Source: Candidatus Bathyarchaeia archaeon
Lineage (GTDB): Archaea; Thermoproteota; CALKCG01; B24
Length of the DNA: 64,000 nt
Direction of reading: 5' to 3'
Assembly (NCBI GenBank): GCA_038870975.1
Contig: JAVZJD010000001.1
Coordinates: 928,001 to 992,000, forward strand
The notes below the pieces were generated by a model. It had not been told where the DNA came from and did no database searches. It saw only the letters and a program-made list of their open reading frames with translations. Position numbers and translations under genes: made by a program. Every line of letters begins with the position of its first letter. The first letter of the stretch is position 1. Positions 61,610-64,000 of the stretch are shown here, piece by piece.

Positions 61610-63355
61610 GTGGCACTCATGGGATTAGACGTTGTAAAGTACTACAGGCGTCTATTTAAGATCCCAAGTCTAACAGTGATTCTAGCTGAGCATACGATTT
61701 TAGGCTTACTATTCGGCTTATATATGGGTGGCTTAAGTTTTGAATCCCCCTTGAAGGGTATTTTAACACTAACATTAACATCGGTTTTATCGGACCTACT
61801 CACGCGTCTAATATGTAGGTCTGAACCGCTCTTGAACTTTAGGAGGGTCTCCGGTTTAACCCTTTTCTCAAACCTCACGGTCGTAATATCGAGTCTACTT
61901 TTCACGCCTTTAAAATACCTCGGGGTCTCAGAAGGTAGAATTCTGCTGATAGGTTTTCCACTTTCAGCTGTTTTAAGATTCATGGTTTTTAGAGTCCTCG
62001 CGTTTAAAAAAACTTCCTACTTCTTTTTCATACTTCAACCTTTAACGTGCATACTATCGCTCGTGTACGTTTATAATCTAACTTTGCCCTTAAACCTCGT
62101 AATAGCATTGTCAACGGCGCTCCTAACAGCCATGGTATATTTGAATCTAATAGATGGAGAGGCTAAGCCTTTAACTGGTTTCAGCGGTTTAACGCTCTTC
62201 AGAGCCTTTTTAGCGAATTGGATGGAAGACTTAGACGGGCCGATTGAAAACATCTTAGAGGAATTGGGGGTTGAAAGTGAATGTTCAATAGACATCCTCC
62301 TCTTTAAAACATTAAACGGTAGAACGGCAATAGTGGTTCCATACATCCACCCCGGGCCTTTTAAAAACATCGGTAGTAGCTCCCTGCCGTGTAGTATTCA
62401 AGCGTTTATCGAGAAGGAGTTTAAATGTGAAGCAGTAGCCGTTCCACATGGTACTTCGACGCACGTCTACAATCTCACTTCGAAAAAATACATTTCCAGA
62501 GTTTTAAACGCATTAGGCTCCATAAAACCCGAGTTTAATATTTCTAAAGCATCTAAGCCCATTAGAGTTTACAATGGAGTAGCTCAAGCGGTCTGCCAAT
62601 CTTTCGATGGAATAGCTTTACTCGCACTAACACTAGCCCCCAAACCTATGGAAGACATTCCACCAGAGGTTAAAACTACGCTTGAAGAATACGGTAGGCG
62701 TTTAGGCTTTGAATCTGTTATCGTAGTAGATGCTCACAACAGCTTCTCATGGGATATATGCTCTATGACCGATGAAACTAGACAGATTTTAATCGAAGCT
62801 GGTAGAACAGCCCTCTATACAGCTCATAAAGCGGAGTTTAATAGGTTTAAAATAGGCTTCTCTAGAAAGTATGTACATGGATATGATGTTAAAGACGGTA
62901 TTGGGCCTTGTGGAGTAGTCGTACACGTATTCATGATAGAGGACTCCCTCTACGCATACGTAACGATCGACGGTAACAACATGATTTCTGGGCTTAGGGA
63001 GAAGATAGTTCAGAGCTTGAAGGAATTTGGTGTTTCAGATGCTGAGGTTTTCACGACGGATACACACATGGTTAATGCTGTAGTTCTAGATAAAGGCTAT
63101 CATCCAGTTGGCGAAACAATAGATGAAAAGTCCATTATACAGACGGTTTTAGACGCATTTAAAGAGGCTCGAAGTAGAATTGAATGGGCCTCTGCATACT
63201 ACGTGAAAACGAATATACCCGCTTTAAAAGTGCTCGGGGATGGTCTATCTAAGCTCACAAGCTCATTGGAAGCCTCAGTCAAAAAAGCAAAACGCTTGGC
63301 CCTCTGTCTCATGACACCACTTCTCATAGTTTCCATGCTTATAACAGTTTTATAG
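61610..63355 (+). CDS. DUF2070 family membrane protein
   Basis: HPGPFKNIGSS, PHG..H, DAHN, DGNN, TTDTH. Confidence 0.88.
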   Translation: MALMGLDVVKYYRRLFKIPSLTVILAEHTILGLLFGLYMGGLSFESPLKGILTLTLTSVLSDLLTRLICRSEPLLNFRRVSGLTLFSNLTVVISSLLFTPLKYLGVSEGRILLIGFPLSAVLRFMVFRVLAFKKTSYFFFILQPLTCILSLVYVYNLTLPLNLVIALSTALLTAMVYLNLIDGEAKPLTGFSGLTLFRAFLANWMEDLDGPIENILEELGVESECSIDILLFKTLNGRTAIVVPYIHPGPFKNIGSSSLPCSIQAFIEKEFKCEAVAVPHGTSTHVYNLTSKKYISRVLNALGSIKPEFNISKASKPIRVYNGVAQAVCQSFDGIALLALTLAPKPMEDIPPEVKTTLEEYGRRLGFESVIVVDAHNSFSWDICSMTDETRQILIEAGRTALYTAHKAEFNRFKIGFSRKYVHGYDVKDGIGPCGVVVHVFMIEDSLYAYVTIDGNNMISGLREKIVQSLKEFGVSDAEVFTTDTHMVNAVVLDKGYHPVGETIDEKSIIQTVLDAFKEARSRIEWASAYYVKTNIPALKVLGDGLSKLTSSLEASVKKAKRLALCLMTPLLIVSMLITVL

Positions 63356-63401
63356 GAGGCCAACTCGCACAAGTGAAGATAAGAGTATAACTCTTCTCAG
63401 C

Positions 63402-63575
63402 CTATAGGACTCTAAAACCTATGTGTGCGATTATAACAGAGATTATTAAAGCCGTGGCAATTATAAGTACTACCTCCGGCCTGAGTTTTAAACCCTCCCC
63501 TTCCTCATCAAAAAACCTTAATAATCCCGCTGTAGTAGCTGGCATGGGTGATTCTTTCTTACGCTTCTTACTCAT
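63402..63575 (-). CDS. secG: Preprotein translocase subunit Sec61beta
   Basis: Not in track (57 aa): MSKKRKKESPMPATTAGLLRFFDEEGEGLKLRPEVVLIIATALIISVIIAHIGFRVL. Confidence 0.9.
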   Translation of the reverse strand: MSKKRKKESPMPATTAGLLRFFDEEGEGLKLRPEVVLIIATALIISVIIAHIGFRVL

Positions 63576-63700
63576 GGAGTTTCTGCTATACTAGTGCAAA
63601 CAGGGTATAATAAGCTTTTTTATAGGTAAGTAACATACATTCGGGTCGAAAAATATATAGGAGGGTTTTTGCTTAGATATGGAGTTTTAGGTGTCACTCT

Positions 63701-64000
63701 ATGGGTGAAGCCGATGCATTCATAGCGAAACTTGATGGTCTTCAACGGCTGCTCGATGAATTTATAAAACGTGGTTACACAGTTTACGGACCTATTGTAA
63801 AAGGGAAAAGCTGGGTTTTCTCTGAAGTCCGCTCAATTCGAGATTTAGACTTAAACTATGTTAGAACAATTCTGCCGCCTAAGAAGCTACTTCACCCAGT
63901 TAGAAGCTTCATCTTCGACTTTAAGCTTAACGATGATTTTGAAGTCTTTGAATCCTGCGATGTGAAGAACACCGTTATATTCGGTGTTCATCCATGTGAT
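63701..64000 (+). CDS. Sulfhydrogenase (group 3b hydrogenase) beta / AsrA-like Fe-S subunit, partial
   Basis: MGEADAF...YTVYGP...RTILPPKKLLHP...IFGVHPCD, runs off window. Confidence 0.8.
   Translation, partial: MGEADAFIAKLDGLQRLLDEFIKRGYTVYGPIVKGKSWVFSEVRSIRDLDLNYVRTILPPKKLLHPVRSFIFDFKLNDDFEVFESCDVKNTVIFGVHPCD

Noticed and set aside
1-64000. CRISPR array, rRNA, integron attC array
   Set aside because: No regularly spaced repeats, rRNA-like tracts or recurring attC-like sites found by eye

Overview
Archaeal chromosomal window. The gene content (mch, CooC, several URO-D/MtaA-like methyltransferases, multi-OB RPA, Sec61beta, DUF2070, OPT-like DUF6785 membrane proteins, A1:U72 initiator tRNA) best fits Bathyarchaeia; this placement is inferred. 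Housekeeping blocks (ribK, tldD/E, leuB-like, thiI, moaA, truD, hisS, RPA) alternate with carbohydrate-utilisation genes (GH140-like, GH38, GH4, MFS, oxidoreductases) and three decayed accessory patches: between convergent tRNA-iMet and tRNA-His (7.7-16.1 kb), a 1.2-kb insert between duplicated promoter copies (22.4-23.7 kb), and a mobile-element relic with iteron-like inverted repeats and chimeric genes (25.9-29.4 kb). An IS200/IS605 right end supplies the tldE stop codon. The best candidates for undescribed systems are (i) a DUF362 - polyprenyl-phosphate phosphoribosyltransferase - GT-C operon (lipid-linked pentose glycosylation with no DprE1/E2 in the window) and (ii) tandem OPT-like DUF6785 transporters embedded in a glycoside hydrolase locus. 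No CRISPR array, rRNA or intact integrase/transposase was seen. All family assignments are from motif recognition by eye, not database searches.
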